Part shown: in pieces, positions 48,853 through 58,560 of the stretch
Layout of the letters: every line of letters begins with the position of its first letter
Position numbering within the stretch: the stretch's first letter is position 1
Source: Candidatus Moraniibacteriota bacterium
GTDB lineage: Bacteria; Patescibacteriota; Minisyncoccia; Moranbacterales; GCA-2747515
Length of the DNA: 64,000 nucleotides
Assembly: GCA_027031495.1 (NCBI GenBank)
Contig: JALVQA010000004.1
Coordinates: forward strand, 120,070 to 184,069
Reading direction: 5' to 3'
The notes under the pieces: generated by a model
Database searches by the model: none
What the model saw: the letters and a program-made list of their open reading frames with translations, nothing else
Told to the model about the DNA's origin: nothing
Made by a program: the position numbers and the translations under genes

Positions 48853-50310
48853 ATGCCACAGAAAGAACCATTCTATATCACAACCACACTGCCGTACGTG
48901 AACGCTGCGCCGCATGTTGGATTTGCAAGTGAGATTATCTTTGCTGATGTGCGTGCACGCTGGGAACGGCAGCAGGGCAAAGATGTCGTGTTCAATACCG
49001 GCACGGACGAGCACGGGGCGAAAATTTATGAGAAGGCGCGCGAGGCCGGCGAGGATCCGCAGGCATATGTGGACCGTTTTGCGACACATTTTCGTGAACT
49101 GGAAAGTGTGTTAAATGTTTCACCGACGCACTTTATTCGCACAACGGATGCGCACCATATCGCGGCGGCGCAGGAGCTCTGGCGGCGCGTGGACGCCAAC
49201 GGCTACATTTACAAGAAGACCTACCACACGAAGTACTGTGTGGGCTGTGAGATGGAGAAGACGGACAGTGAGTTGGTGGATGGTCGGTGTCCGCTGCACC
49301 CAAATCGCGCGTTGGAAGAAGGGGAGGAGGAGAATTACTTTTTCCGTTTCAGTGCATTTCAAGAACCGCTTTTGGCACTGTATAAAAAGTACGAGGACTT
49401 TGTCGTGCCGGCGAAGCGCTTCAATGAAATCAAGAGTTTCGTTGCAAGCGGTTTGCAGGACTTCAGCATTTCGCGCCTTGCGGCCAAAATGCCGTGGGGT
49501 GTGAGTGTGCCGGGCGATGAGAGCCATGTGATGTACGTGTGGTTTGATGCGCTGACAAACTATATCTCTACACTTGGTTGGCCGGAAGATGAGGAGAATT
49601 TTGTGCGGTTTTGGGGCACGCCGGATGTGCCGCGCTGTGTGCAGATTGCCGGCAAGGACAATCTCCGACAACAGGCGGCAATGTGGCAAGCAATGCTCTT
49701 GGCGGCGGACTTGCCACCGAGTCGGCAAGTATTTATCAACGGCTTCATTGGTGTGGACGGACAGAAAATGAGCAAGTCGCTGGGTAATGTGATCGCGCCG
49801 CAACAGATGGTGGACCGGTACGGCACGGATGGTACGCGATACCTTCTGTTGGCAAAAGGTGCGTTTGGTGAAGATAGTGATATTTCGTGGAAAAAAATGG
49901 ATGCGCGGTATACGGCGGAGTTGGCGAATGGACTTGGTAATTTGGTCAGTCGCGTGATTGCGCTTGCGCCGGCGGATGTAGTGGTGCCTGACTCATCTGC
50001 GCGCGTTGCACAGATGGACGGTGTACTTGCGCCACTGGTGAAGAGCATGGCGATGCGTGATGCACTGGCACATGTGTGGACGATTGTTGATGATGCAAAC
50101 AAATACCTGGAGAAACAGCAACCGTGGGCACTACGCACGACGGACGAGGCGGCGTTCCGCGCGGTGATGGAGAAGTTGCTCGGAGATGTGGCACTGTTGG
50201 GTGCTGTGTTGCAACCATTTTTGCCGGCAACGGCGCAGCGCATTGCGGATGCGCTGGCGACACGCAAGCGTCCGATACTCTTTGCGCGGTTGGAAACACA
50301 TAACAAGTAG
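48853..50310 (+). CDS. metG: Methionine--tRNA ligase (short form, no C-terminal dimerisation domain)
   Basis: HIGH-like region LPYVNAAPHVGFASE, KMSKS as KMSKSLGNVI, and a Zn-knuckle CVGCE…CPLH. About 57% GC. Confidence 0.9.
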   Translation: MPQKEPFYITTTLPYVNAAPHVGFASEIIFADVRARWERQQGKDVVFNTGTDEHGAKIYEKAREAGEDPQAYVDRFATHFRELESVLNVSPTHFIRTTDAHHIAAAQELWRRVDANGYIYKKTYHTKYCVGCEMEKTDSELVDGRCPLHPNRALEEGEEENYFFRFSAFQEPLLALYKKYEDFVVPAKRFNEIKSFVASGLQDFSISRLAAKMPWGVSVPGDESHVMYVWFDALTNYISTLGWPEDEENFVRFWGTPDVPRCVQIAGKDNLRQQAAMWQAMLLAADLPPSRQVFINGFIGVDGQKMSKSLGNVIAPQQMVDRYGTDGTRYLLLAKGAFGEDSDISWKKMDARYTAELANGLGNLVSRVIALAPADVVVPDSSARVAQMDGVLAPLVKSMAMRDALAHVWTIVDDANKYLEKQQPWALRTTDEAAFRAVMEKLLGDVALLGAVLQPFLPATAQRIADALATRKRPILFARLETHNK

Positions 50311-50321
50311 GTGAATATTAA

Positions 50322-51740
50322 ATGTTTGAAACATTTCAACGTCCTGAAAAGGTACAAAAAAAGACGCAAATAAGTGAATTGTTTTCTCCGACAGCAAAAG
50401 TTGGCGATATTCCTTTTTATGAATATATATCAGAGCGTCTTGCAGAGCACGGCGTTGTTGATAGAGATGGTGTGAAAATCAATGCGCATAATCCTTTTAG
50501 AGGGACGTTGGCGGACTATCTTTCGCTTGCTGATTATAATAATATATCGCGCTATACATTGTTAAGACAAGTTGTAGAAGTATTGGACTCTTCTCGCGAT
50601 GTTGAGGTTTTCTTGCCGCTTTCTTATATCAGTATCATGAATTTGGCAGGCATTGATCTGAGTGATCCTGATTTAATCAAGAAATACAATGAATTTTACA
50701 GTCAGTTAGACGATGATGAAAAGAAGTTCTTCAAACAGAGAGATGAAATTGTTGTTTTGCGGCAGTCGCCTGATGCAAAAAAGCAATCCGTTGTGGAGGC
50801 GGTTTCTAATGCTTTAGATGCCTTGCGAGAAGAACAGATTGGAGAAAAGGGGCTTGGCATTAAACAGGCATTAGCTTTTCTTGATAAAAACAGCGGAGAG
50901 ATCAGAGTAACATCTGCAACACGTGATGGTCAGGTAAATGTATTAAACGTAAAACTTGGCGCTGATGGAAAATATTATGAGCATGTGAAAAGGTGTGATG
51001 TTGATGGTGATGCTCCACCACTTTCCGGGACGGAAGTGGTTATTATACCGAGTGAGAAAATGAGCGAGGAAAGGGTGCGAGAAATTATAGAAACAATTAA
51101 ATATAAATTCCGCTTAACGCTGGATGCAAGTATATATGTAAACAATGTGTTGATAAATGGATACACGCGCGTGACGAAGGCGTCCGGTGAAGAGGTTAAA
51201 AGAAAACAGACAGATGCACGTGTAGATGTCTCTGTTTCCAGTGACAAAATCGTTGTGAGAGATAATGGGCGTGGAATGTCGGCTAGTATTCTTTCCAGGA
51301 TGTTTATACCGCGATCTGGCACAAAAAAGATGCGTGTCAAGCAACACGCCGACACACATGACAACAAACCCCTTACGGAGACATATTTTATAGAAGAGAG
51401 TGACGCGCAAGCGCAGAGTTTTAATATTGCACGGCGAGCGGAGGTGCTGGAGAACTTTAGGCTGGCTGCGTGTAAAAAATTAAACCTTGCACCAACATCA
51501 ATTCTCATAGATGCACATGCCGTGCGTGTGCCGGAAGCACGGCAGTCAATATTTGTAGATGAAAAATTTTTTGGGGCGCTAGAGAGTGCCGTAGATGAGA
51601 TTATAGAAGGACAAAGAAGCGCAGAGGAGAAAATACAAGCTATTAATACGGTAATGGCATATCTTGAACATTTTTCTCAACAAAAGTCTCTTGATGAAAA
51701 AAACGCGGCGAAGAAAGTGCGGAATTTATTTTTAAGTTGA
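50322..51740 (+). CDS. Hypothetical protein with degenerate GHKL-ATPase-like motifs. First gene of an AT-rich island
   Basis: EAVSNALDA (N-box-like) and VVRDNGRGM (G1-like) are present but unusually far apart. About 37% GC. Confidence 0.4.
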   Translation: MFETFQRPEKVQKKTQISELFSPTAKVGDIPFYEYISERLAEHGVVDRDGVKINAHNPFRGTLADYLSLADYNNISRYTLLRQVVEVLDSSRDVEVFLPLSYISIMNLAGIDLSDPDLIKKYNEFYSQLDDDEKKFFKQRDEIVVLRQSPDAKKQSVVEAVSNALDALREEQIGEKGLGIKQALAFLDKNSGEIRVTSATRDGQVNVLNVKLGADGKYYEHVKRCDVDGDAPPLSGTEVVIIPSEKMSEERVREIIETIKYKFRLTLDASIYVNNVLINGYTRVTKASGEEVKRKQTDARVDVSVSSDKIVVRDNGRGMSASILSRMFIPRSGTKKMRVKQHADTHDNKPLTETYFIEESDAQAQSFNIARRAEVLENFRLAACKKLNLAPTSILIDAHAVRVPEARQSIFVDEKFFGALESAVDEIIEGQRSAEEKIQAINTVMAYLEHFSQQKSLDEKNAAKKVRNLFLS

Positions 51741-53044
51741 AAAAAAATATTAAAAAACGTGTGGAAAATCTCGTTAGAGAGCTTTCTTTGAAGTACAATC
51801 TTGTGCCGAATGATGAAGTCTTTCAAAGACTTGTTTCAGAAACAGAAAAAACGTTTTATGTCGATCATAGTCTTTTTGATTTTGAGCCGCTTAGCATTAA
51901 AGGCGCACAGAGAGTGCCTTATTTTAAGAGGGGCAATGTGATTGCTCTTCCTGCTCCTGCAACAAATTCTGACTTTACCGTTGTAAGGTACGATGATACT
52001 TTTTACGTAAATGAAAAAATATTAAAGAAATATAAGGAAAGTAATGGAACGATTAATGCTGCAATTATCGCAGAGTTACTTGAGTTGTCTGTTAATCCTA
52101 TAAAAACAAATTATGACAATCATGCAGATAGTTTCGGTATTGATAATCCTTTCGTGGATGGCGTGAGTGATGTACATAAAAAAGACAGAAGAGTTGAGGA
52201 AGAATATGCGCAACAATTTCTTAGTCCGTTTGTGAAAGAGAAAGAAGGATATTTTTCCGGTTTAACACAATATGTGGAAAGTATCGGTCGTTTCTACTTG
52301 CGATTCTATTTCAAAGATGGTGCATCTGTTATTGATCTGTATGACGCTGACATGCATACTGTTCTATCATATACAGGACGATTTTCCGATATCTATGATG
52401 ATGTCGTATTTGATGATGGAAGTGGCTATATTTCATATGATAATGGTGTTATCTTCTTTGATAAAAGTGGTGCAATGGTTCATGTAGAACACTTTGATGA
52501 TCGCGCGTCAAGAAGTGTTGTAAAGAAGAAAGACGGGGGTTATGTGCTCTATGATGATAAAACGCCATATATCTACGTACTTGATCGTAATTTCACTTTG
52601 CAGGAGAAAGTTAATGTTCCCGCGCCTACCAAAATCGTTACACTTGATAACGGCACTTTTCTCTTTTTAAATTCAAGGACCGGTACGTCAAAAATAGTTG
52701 ACAGCATGTATCAAGAAATTGGTGATGCGGAGTGCGCAAGTAAATACGATGCGGTAGATTTTGGCGAGCGGTATATTGCTCTTTATGATGATGGCGACGA
52801 CAAATTGACATTCATAGACAGAAATAATGGGTCCCTTGTATTTACATTCAATTTAAGTGATGATGAGTTGACGAGAAAAGTTTATGCTGTTTTGCCGCGA
52901 AAGGATGGTATTTATGTTGTGATGGATGTGAACAAAGGTAAGCAGTATTTAGGAAAACATGCAGGTGTTATAAAAGAAGATAATTATCGTTCATTTGCCA
53001 ATATTAATCTCTCTATTGAGGGAACGTTCTTTTATACAGACTAA
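51737..53044 (+). CDS. Fragment 1/3 of a large (~1370 aa) protein: N-terminal repeat (beta-propeller-like) region. TTG start overlaps the upstream stop
   Basis: Repeated D-G-x-Y/YVLYDD/IYVVMD-type strands. It joins the next ORF if one T is removed from the T4 tract at 53030-53033. Confidence 0.5.
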   Translation: MKKNIKKRVENLVRELSLKYNLVPNDEVFQRLVSETEKTFYVDHSLFDFEPLSIKGAQRVPYFKRGNVIALPAPATNSDFTVVRYDDTFYVNEKILKKYKESNGTINAAIIAELLELSVNPIKTNYDNHADSFGIDNPFVDGVSDVHKKDRRVEEEYAQQFLSPFVKEKEGYFSGLTQYVESIGRFYLRFYFKDGASVIDLYDADMHTVLSYTGRFSDIYDDVVFDDGSGYISYDNGVIFFDKSGAMVHVEHFDDRASRSVVKKKDGGYVLYDDKTPYIYVLDRNFTLQEKVNVPAPTKIVTLDNGTFLFLNSRTGTSKIVDSMYQEIGDAECASKYDAVDFGERYIALYDDGDDKLTFIDRNNGSLVFTFNLSDDELTRKVYAVLPRKDGIYVVMDVNKGKQYLGKHAGVIKEDNYRSFANINLSIEGTFFYTD

Positions 53045-54314
53045 AGATGGCAAATATTTTCTTGTGACTGATTACAGAAATAAATTTCAAGTATATTCTA
53101 AAGAATTTGAGCTTATTTTCAGTAAGGAGGCAGATATTGATGATGTGGTAATGAGTAGCGATGGGAATATAGTTGCATTATTGAACGATGAATCTTATGA
53201 AACGTACGTCCCTTATAGCTATTCTGATGAAATGAGAGGGCGTGTGGAGGTTCTTGATATAGAAGGTGCCACAAGAACTTTGAGTGAACGTTTTGCATTT
53301 TTTGAGTATAGTCATTTACAGTCGCATATACAAAAAATACTTGCTGATATTGATAAAGGTGGTGCCGGTGCGACATTTGAATATGCTGATGTCTTTCCTT
53401 TTAGCGAGGACGATATACGGTCCTTGACTAGAGAGGTTGGCGCGATTGAGGCATTTGCAGAGGCAGTGGGGTATGATGCATCGCACTTTTCAAAAAATGT
53501 ATATGACATGTTTCTTGGTGAGAGTGGAAAGAGAGTGAAAGAATTCGTAAAAAGCAGTGGCGAGAAATTTATCGCAGAGATAACTGTTTACGCAAAGAAC
53601 TTTAAGTATGGATTGGACACGATGAATGTTGTCAATACTATTCTTTCACGGGTAGCTTTTGAGAGCGAATCTGAAAAACTTTTTGCGTATGAGATCTATG
53701 ACGCGTATCTTGGCAATGTTTCACGAGATGCTGATGCTGTGACAGTTTTACTTAAAAAGATAGAACAAATAGTGCGTGCGGGATTATTCAGTGATTTGCG
53801 CAGTGCGCTGGATGCGGAATTTGATGGTGAGCGCTCTTTGATGTATTTAGGCAGAGAAAAACCTGCCGGCATGCCGGCAAAAGCGTTTTTGGAGTTTTTG
53901 GAAAGTACCGAGCTCTTAGACGTGAAAGAGTGGCGCGATTTTACACCGAATGATGCTGTAGATATTTTTGATGCCGGTGTCATAGATCCTGTTTTTCTGT
54001 ATTATTTTGGTAAAAAAGGTTTTGTCACTGACGAACAGCTAAATAGCGCGTTTAATAATTTTGTTGCACAGGGTAAAACTTTGCATCAAGCTACAATAGA
54101 GCTTTTGGAAGAGCAGATTGTAAAGGAGGTGAAGGGGCAGAGTGCAGAGAAGGGTGTTTTCGTGCGCGAACTCTTACAGAATATGATTGATGCCTCAAAA
54201 AACAACATCGTCTTATCAATGCGGGCAAGAGGAAAGAATATGGCGATCCGTCAAAAATTGAGATTATGTGCTACCAAGAATACAATGACAAAGATGAGAG
54301 CATGTATTTTGTGA
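52995..54314 (+). CDS. Fragment 2/3: central region ending in the GHKL N-box (FVRELLQNMIDAS)
   Basis: The ATP-lid N-box ExxxNxxDA sits at the extreme C-terminus, then the frame is lost at the A6 tract at 54197-54202. Confidence 0.5.
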   Translation: MPILISLLRERSFIQTKDGKYFLVTDYRNKFQVYSKEFELIFSKEADIDDVVMSSDGNIVALLNDESYETYVPYSYSDEMRGRVEVLDIEGATRTLSERFAFFEYSHLQSHIQKILADIDKGGAGATFEYADVFPFSEDDIRSLTREVGAIEAFAEAVGYDASHFSKNVYDMFLGESGKRVKEFVKSSGEKFIAEITVYAKNFKYGLDTMNVVNTILSRVAFESESEKLFAYEIYDAYLGNVSRDADAVTVLLKKIEQIVRAGLFSDLRSALDAEFDGERSLMYLGREKPAGMPAKAFLEFLESTELLDVKEWRDFTPNDAVDIFDAGVIDPVFLYYFGKKGFVTDEQLNSAFNNFVAQGKTLHQATIELLEEQIVKEVKGQSAEKGVFVRELLQNMIDASKNNIVLSMRARGKNMAIRQKLRLCATKNTMTKMRACIL

Positions 54315-55846
54315 GAAAATTTAAGGACAATGGTTCCGGCATTCCGAGTCTTGTAAATCTTTTGGTTGCGCAGATAAACGAAAAAGATGGCGTTGTGGAC
54401 ACCGGCTTTTTTGGGAGCGGTTTTCTTTCCGTCTTTGAGGAATCTGATATTGTAAATATAAAAACGTCTGATGGAAGCGGCGTGACAAAATATCTTGAAA
54501 TGAGTGTTCGGCGAGATAAAAGTGGTGACTTTCTCGGTTTTGATATACAGGGCTACAGGCAGACAGAGGAACTTTTTTCCGGCACTGAAATTGAGAGCAA
54601 AACAAAAGTGGGGCGCAATAAAATTGCAGAGTTTGAATATGCTATTACAAAATCAGCTATCTTGAAAAATGTTGCCAATTTGCAGTCGTTTCTTGATGAC
54701 GGCACGGAAATAAAAATCTACTTTAATAGTGAAAAACTAGAAAAGGGGACGCAGACACGGCGGGTGGAAACTTTCTCTGTAGATAGTGATACATTCACTC
54801 TAAAAATTGAAGAGGGGGCATTTTCACAAGTATCATCAGGTGAAGGGTTACGTATGAGTGATCTAGATGAAAAATATCTTGCTCTCGTACCGCGTCAAAT
54901 ACGCTCTTTAGTGCATGAAAAAAATCTTTCTCTCATTATTGATGGCAAAATTCCTCTTATAAAAGATAGAAGCATGATTGCAGACGAGCCAAAGTATCTG
55001 CCCGCTATTCAAAAAGCTGTTGCGCAGGGCGTTATAAAAATCGCGATCAAAGAGTTGTTGGAAAACCGGCGTAAATTTGAGGGATGGCCGGATGACTATC
55101 TTGTAAACTACAATTATCACATGTCCTATAATTCCGCAGAGGGTAAGAGAATTATTGAAATTGCACGTAAAATCAATGCCGGTATGGAGTTAGGTGATGA
55201 TGATCTTAAATTTATCTCTGTTGATGGTGTTGATAAGGATTCTATTTTTGCGCGCTTGGCAGTGCTTATCAATGTAGAAATAGAGCGCGAAGATGGTAAG
55301 CGCGAGACAACGTCACTTGCAGCTAAGAGGCTTCTTGGGTTTCGTAATGTTGCACGTGATGACAACATGGAACATATTAGAAAGGTAATACAGAGAGAAA
55401 AAGATATTTTGCATGCTGCAGAAACGTACATGCCAGACAAGGATATTGTACCAAGTTCAATAGATGTCTCAAGGAGAAAAATCAAAGAAACGATCAAGAT
55501 GTTTGATGAAGCTGGTACATCGGTTAATATTGATAGTTTAAACGATCGCGAACGACAGGTCTTTGATGCCATCGAGGGTCTCGTGCAGAAAGTATATCCT
55601 TCAGTTATTTTGATGGTCAAAGAGATGAAGCGTAAAGCCGGGTACTCTTCCGGTGACACCATCGTTTTTGCGCGGAACACTCTCAGCAATGAACGTTATG
55701 CGACTGAGGTCTTAAATCATGAACTGGCTCACTATTTGGAGGGAACCGGTGGGCACGACAAAAATTTTACGCATCAGGTTGATGGCAGTTTTGGCGATGC
55801 ATACAGAGAAGCTAATCGTGCATTATTGAGCGTTTTTGCGACGTAG
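54266..55846 (+). CDS. Fragment 3/3: remainder of an Hsp90/MORC-like GHKL ATPase (G1 DNGSGI, G2 GFFGSGFLS) plus a C-terminal domain with an HExxH motif (NHELAHYLEG)
   Basis: G1 and G2 boxes at canonical spacing. With one extra A at 54197-54202 the N-box of the previous ORF lies 45 aa upstream of G1, the normal spacing. Confidence 0.55.
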   Translation: MCYQEYNDKDESMYFVRKFKDNGSGIPSLVNLLVAQINEKDGVVDTGFFGSGFLSVFEESDIVNIKTSDGSGVTKYLEMSVRRDKSGDFLGFDIQGYRQTEELFSGTEIESKTKVGRNKIAEFEYAITKSAILKNVANLQSFLDDGTEIKIYFNSEKLEKGTQTRRVETFSVDSDTFTLKIEEGAFSQVSSGEGLRMSDLDEKYLALVPRQIRSLVHEKNLSLIIDGKIPLIKDRSMIADEPKYLPAIQKAVAQGVIKIAIKELLENRRKFEGWPDDYLVNYNYHMSYNSAEGKRIIEIARKINAGMELGDDDLKFISVDGVDKDSIFARLAVLINVEIEREDGKRETTSLAAKRLLGFRNVARDDNMEHIRKVIQREKDILHAAETYMPDKDIVPSSIDVSRRKIKETIKMFDEAGTSVNIDSLNDRERQVFDAIEGLVQKVYPSVILMVKEMKRKAGYSSGDTIVFARNTLSNERYATEVLNHELAHYLEGTGGHDKNFTHQVDGSFGDAYREANRALLSVFAT

Positions 55847-55899
55847 GGAAAATAGATATCACCTTGTTTTGATAGCCAACATATTGTCTTTAGGGTATT

Positions 55900-56946
55900 T
55901 TGCCGCTACACTGGAGTATGATGTATATTATTGCATTTCTCATAGCATGTTTATTCTCCATTAGTATAAGTGGTGTTATTATTTTTGTGACGCATCGTGT
56001 ACGTCGCGCACATTGTGGCACATTATGTGCTACATCATGCGTTTCACGTCTTGGTGGTGTTGCGATGATCTGTGCATTTTTTGCTGCACTTATTCTGCAT
56101 CCAGATCTGGTGATTGATCGCGCGTGGATTGTGCTTTTTATAGCACTTGGCGCGGTTGCATTCTTAGGTATATGGGATGATGTATCACCGCTTTCATGGC
56201 GACCACAACTTTTTGCGCAAGTGGCAATTGGACTCTTTCTCTTTGCGCTTTCTATTCGCATTACGTATGTCTCGCACCCTTTTGGTGGTGTAGTACACTT
56301 TGTACATGGTGATGGTTTTCCGTGGATGAGTCTTATCATAACACTTGTATGGTTTGTGGCAATTATGAATACAATGAATTGGCTTGATGGCGTAGACGGT
56401 CTTGGTGGTGGCGTTGCGCTTATTGCAGCCGGTACGATTTTTGTAACGGCGCTCTTGCCGCACGTTAATCAGCCACCGATCGCCATTGTTGCCGCTGCGA
56501 TGGCTGGAGCGACAGTCGGCTTTTTGTTCTGGAATTGGTTTCCTGCATGCATTATTGCCGGAACAAGTGGTTCATTTTTTTGGGGATTACTCATTGCCGT
56601 GTTGGCGATCTTTGCCGGTGCAAAAATTGCTACAACGCTTCTTGTCATGATTATTCCGCTTGTTGATGCTGTGTGGGTGATTGGTGAGCGTTTTTTTGCC
56701 GGTGAGAGCATCTTTGCATCCGATAAACGACATATTCACTACAAATTGGCGGCACGTGGATGGGCGCCATGGCAGATTGCCTCTCTTTTCATTGTTGTAA
56801 CGGCAGTTGTCGCTTTTAACGCTATACACTTTTATGCACTGGGCAAAATGATTACAATTGGCATAGTTATTGTTCTTATGCTGTTCTTTCTTGCAATACT
56901 TTCTATAGATAAAGATAAAAAAATAAAAGAAAAAAATGCATCGTAA
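55900..56946 (+). CDS. Polyprenyl-phosphate N-acetylhexosamine-1-phosphate transferase (MraY/WecA family, GT4)
   Basis: DD motif (GIWDDVSPL), NTMNWLDGVDGLGGG, and a C-terminal DKRHIHYKL. It lacks the MraY-specific HKxGTPTMGG, so WecA/TagO-like is the more likely assignment. Confidence 0.7.
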   Translation: MPLHWSMMYIIAFLIACLFSISISGVIIFVTHRVRRAHCGTLCATSCVSRLGGVAMICAFFAALILHPDLVIDRAWIVLFIALGAVAFLGIWDDVSPLSWRPQLFAQVAIGLFLFALSIRITYVSHPFGGVVHFVHGDGFPWMSLIITLVWFVAIMNTMNWLDGVDGLGGGVALIAAGTIFVTALLPHVNQPPIAIVAAAMAGATVGFLFWNWFPACIIAGTSGSFFWGLLIAVLAIFAGAKIATTLLVMIIPLVDAVWVIGERFFAGESIFASDKRHIHYKLAARGWAPWQIASLFIVVTAVVAFNAIHFYALGKMITIGIVIVLMLFFLAILSIDKDKKIKEKNAS

Positions 56947-57418
56947 ATTATCGCAAAAGCGAATACTGCTGTTATGCATCGTTGTCATATGTTGTGTTTT
57001 GTGTGTCCTGCTTTATGTGACATACACTTATAAGGCGCCTGCAGACACGCATCTGTTTGACATTGCGCATCTTACTATTGGAAGTGATAAGAATGTTTTT
57101 GCCGTTGAGGTTGCGGACACGCCACAGTTGCGTCGCCACGGCCTTATGCATCGTACAACACTCTGTAAAAACTGTGGCATGCTCTTTGTTTTTCCCCGTA
57201 GCGATATACATCCTTTTTGGATGAAAGATACGGCATTGCCACTTGATATTGTGTGGGTAAATAACGGTGTTATTGTTGAGATTGTTGAAAATGCGACACC
57301 ATTTAGTGAAAGTATTATCATGCCACATCATCATGCAAATAGCGTTATTGAACTGCCGGCCGGTAGTGTTGCACGCACCGGTATTCATGTTGGTGATAGT
57401 GTTCATATAAAGAAATAA
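56936..57418 (+). CDS. DUF192 (COG1430) family protein
   Basis: N-terminal TM. Has …MKDTALPLDIVWVNNGVIVEI… and …ANSVIELPAGSVARTGIHVGDSV, typical of DUF192. Confidence 0.65.
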   Translation: MHRKLSQKRILLLCIVVICCVLCVLLYVTYTYKAPADTHLFDIAHLTIGSDKNVFAVEVADTPQLRRHGLMHRTTLCKNCGMLFVFPRSDIHPFWMKDTALPLDIVWVNNGVIVEIVENATPFSESIIMPHHHANSVIELPAGSVARTGIHVGDSVHIKK

Positions 57419-57435
57419 AGAAGTTTTGCGCCAAA

Positions 57436-57465
57436 TAGAAAACACCGCACGATGGCGGTGTTTTC
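57436..57465 (+). terminator. Intrinsic terminator acaccgc-acgatg-gcggtgt + TTTTCTT
   Basis: Perfect 7-bp stem immediately after the DUF192 stop. Confidence 0.5.
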
Positions 57466-57550
57466 TTGCGTAAAGAACCGAAAGTTTTGTTTCCTATTCT
57501 ATAATATGTTCGTCACAATTCGTATTACGGAGATGCTGTTTGATCGGCGC

Positions 57551-58303
57551 TTATCGTACAAATTTTTGCAAGTTTTTCAATTGTGCATCAGTTAATTTCT
57601 GTGAGCGTTCGATTGCTTGCTTGATCAAATCTTTAGAGAAACGGATTTGTTGACCAACTGCAAGTGTTGACGGACCACCAACTGCTTTTTGAAGATAATC
57701 TTCAATGTAGACTTTGTGTGCATCGGTAAGTCCTTGTACAGGATTTTTTGCGAGATATCCCGCAAGAGCGCGACGTGCAAGGTGTGTTTTACCATCACCT
57801 TTGTGCGCAACCATTACAAATGCATCAGAAACTTCCTTATCATTCTCTGCCATGCGCGCCGTCTTTAGAGACGTGCGTGTAGTAGATGCGGTCGTTTTAT
57901 TGTCTGCATCATCTTTTGTTGCAACAGATCCTGCGGCATCCTTTGTTTGTGCACTATCTTGTGCCTTGCTTTCTTGCGCTTTTTGAGCACTACTCTTGTC
58001 ATTCTTGGTGCCTTTGAGCGCTTCATTAATTTGCGCGATTACGCCTTTATCATCACTGTTGTTGTCAGTACTCTCAGCAGTGTCTTCAGCAACAGTAGCA
58101 TCGTTAGTTGTTGCGATCTGTGTCTCTTGTGATCGCTTTGAGTAGGAATAGATACCAAGTGCGAGTAAGAGAACGATCACTACACTGATAACGATGCGAA
58201 GGTTGTCTTGCAACCACTCACCGAAAGTGCGTTCGTCATCCTCTTCGATCTCCTCGATATCATCTCTGTATTCGGTCATAGTGTCACATCTCACAACATA
58301 CAT
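57551..58303 (-). CDS. Membrane-anchored hypothetical protein with an acidic low-complexity ectodomain
   Basis: Acidic N-terminus, one TM (IVISVVIVLLLALGIY), then a Thr/Asp/Lys-rich region and a C-terminal globular part. Confidence 0.45.
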   Translation of the reverse strand: MYVVRCDTMTEYRDDIEEIEEDDERTFGEWLQDNLRIVISVVIVLLLALGIYSYSKRSQETQIATTNDATVAEDTAESTDNNSDDKGVIAQINEALKGTKNDKSSAQKAQESKAQDSAQTKDAAGSVATKDDADNKTTASTTRTSLKTARMAENDKEVSDAFVMVAHKGDGKTHLARRALAGYLAKNPVQGLTDAHKVYIEDYLQKAVGGPSTLAVGQQIRFSKDLIKQAIERSQKLTDAQLKNLQKFVR

Positions 58304-58560
58304 AAGGCGTACACCCTACACATGCAGTGAGGTTTTTAATTTTAGATATGTGAACGAACAGGCCTATTCGGTAGACAGTCATTACAGACTGCCATAGTGT
58401 ATTTTAACGTTTCATGGTATACTCGTCAAATAGCGATATTTTCATATGTTTTTGCAGTGTATGTGTTATGATACATTCATAACACATACTTATAGTGGAT
58501 TACATATGTAATTGTGCATGTTTTACGTATTTTTTGGTTTAATAAATTAGATGTAGTGCT

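Noticed and set aside
49120-50369. Minus-strand ORFs 49120..49803 and 49560..50369 inside metG, plus several plus-strand alternate-frame ORFs
   Set aside because: GC-rich coding sequence suppresses stop codons in all frames. metG identity on the plus strand is unambiguous.
55900-56946. Calling the GT4 transferase definitively MraY
   Set aside because: The MraY-specific HKxGTPTMGG loop is not present. The family-level call (MraY/WecA) is retained instead.
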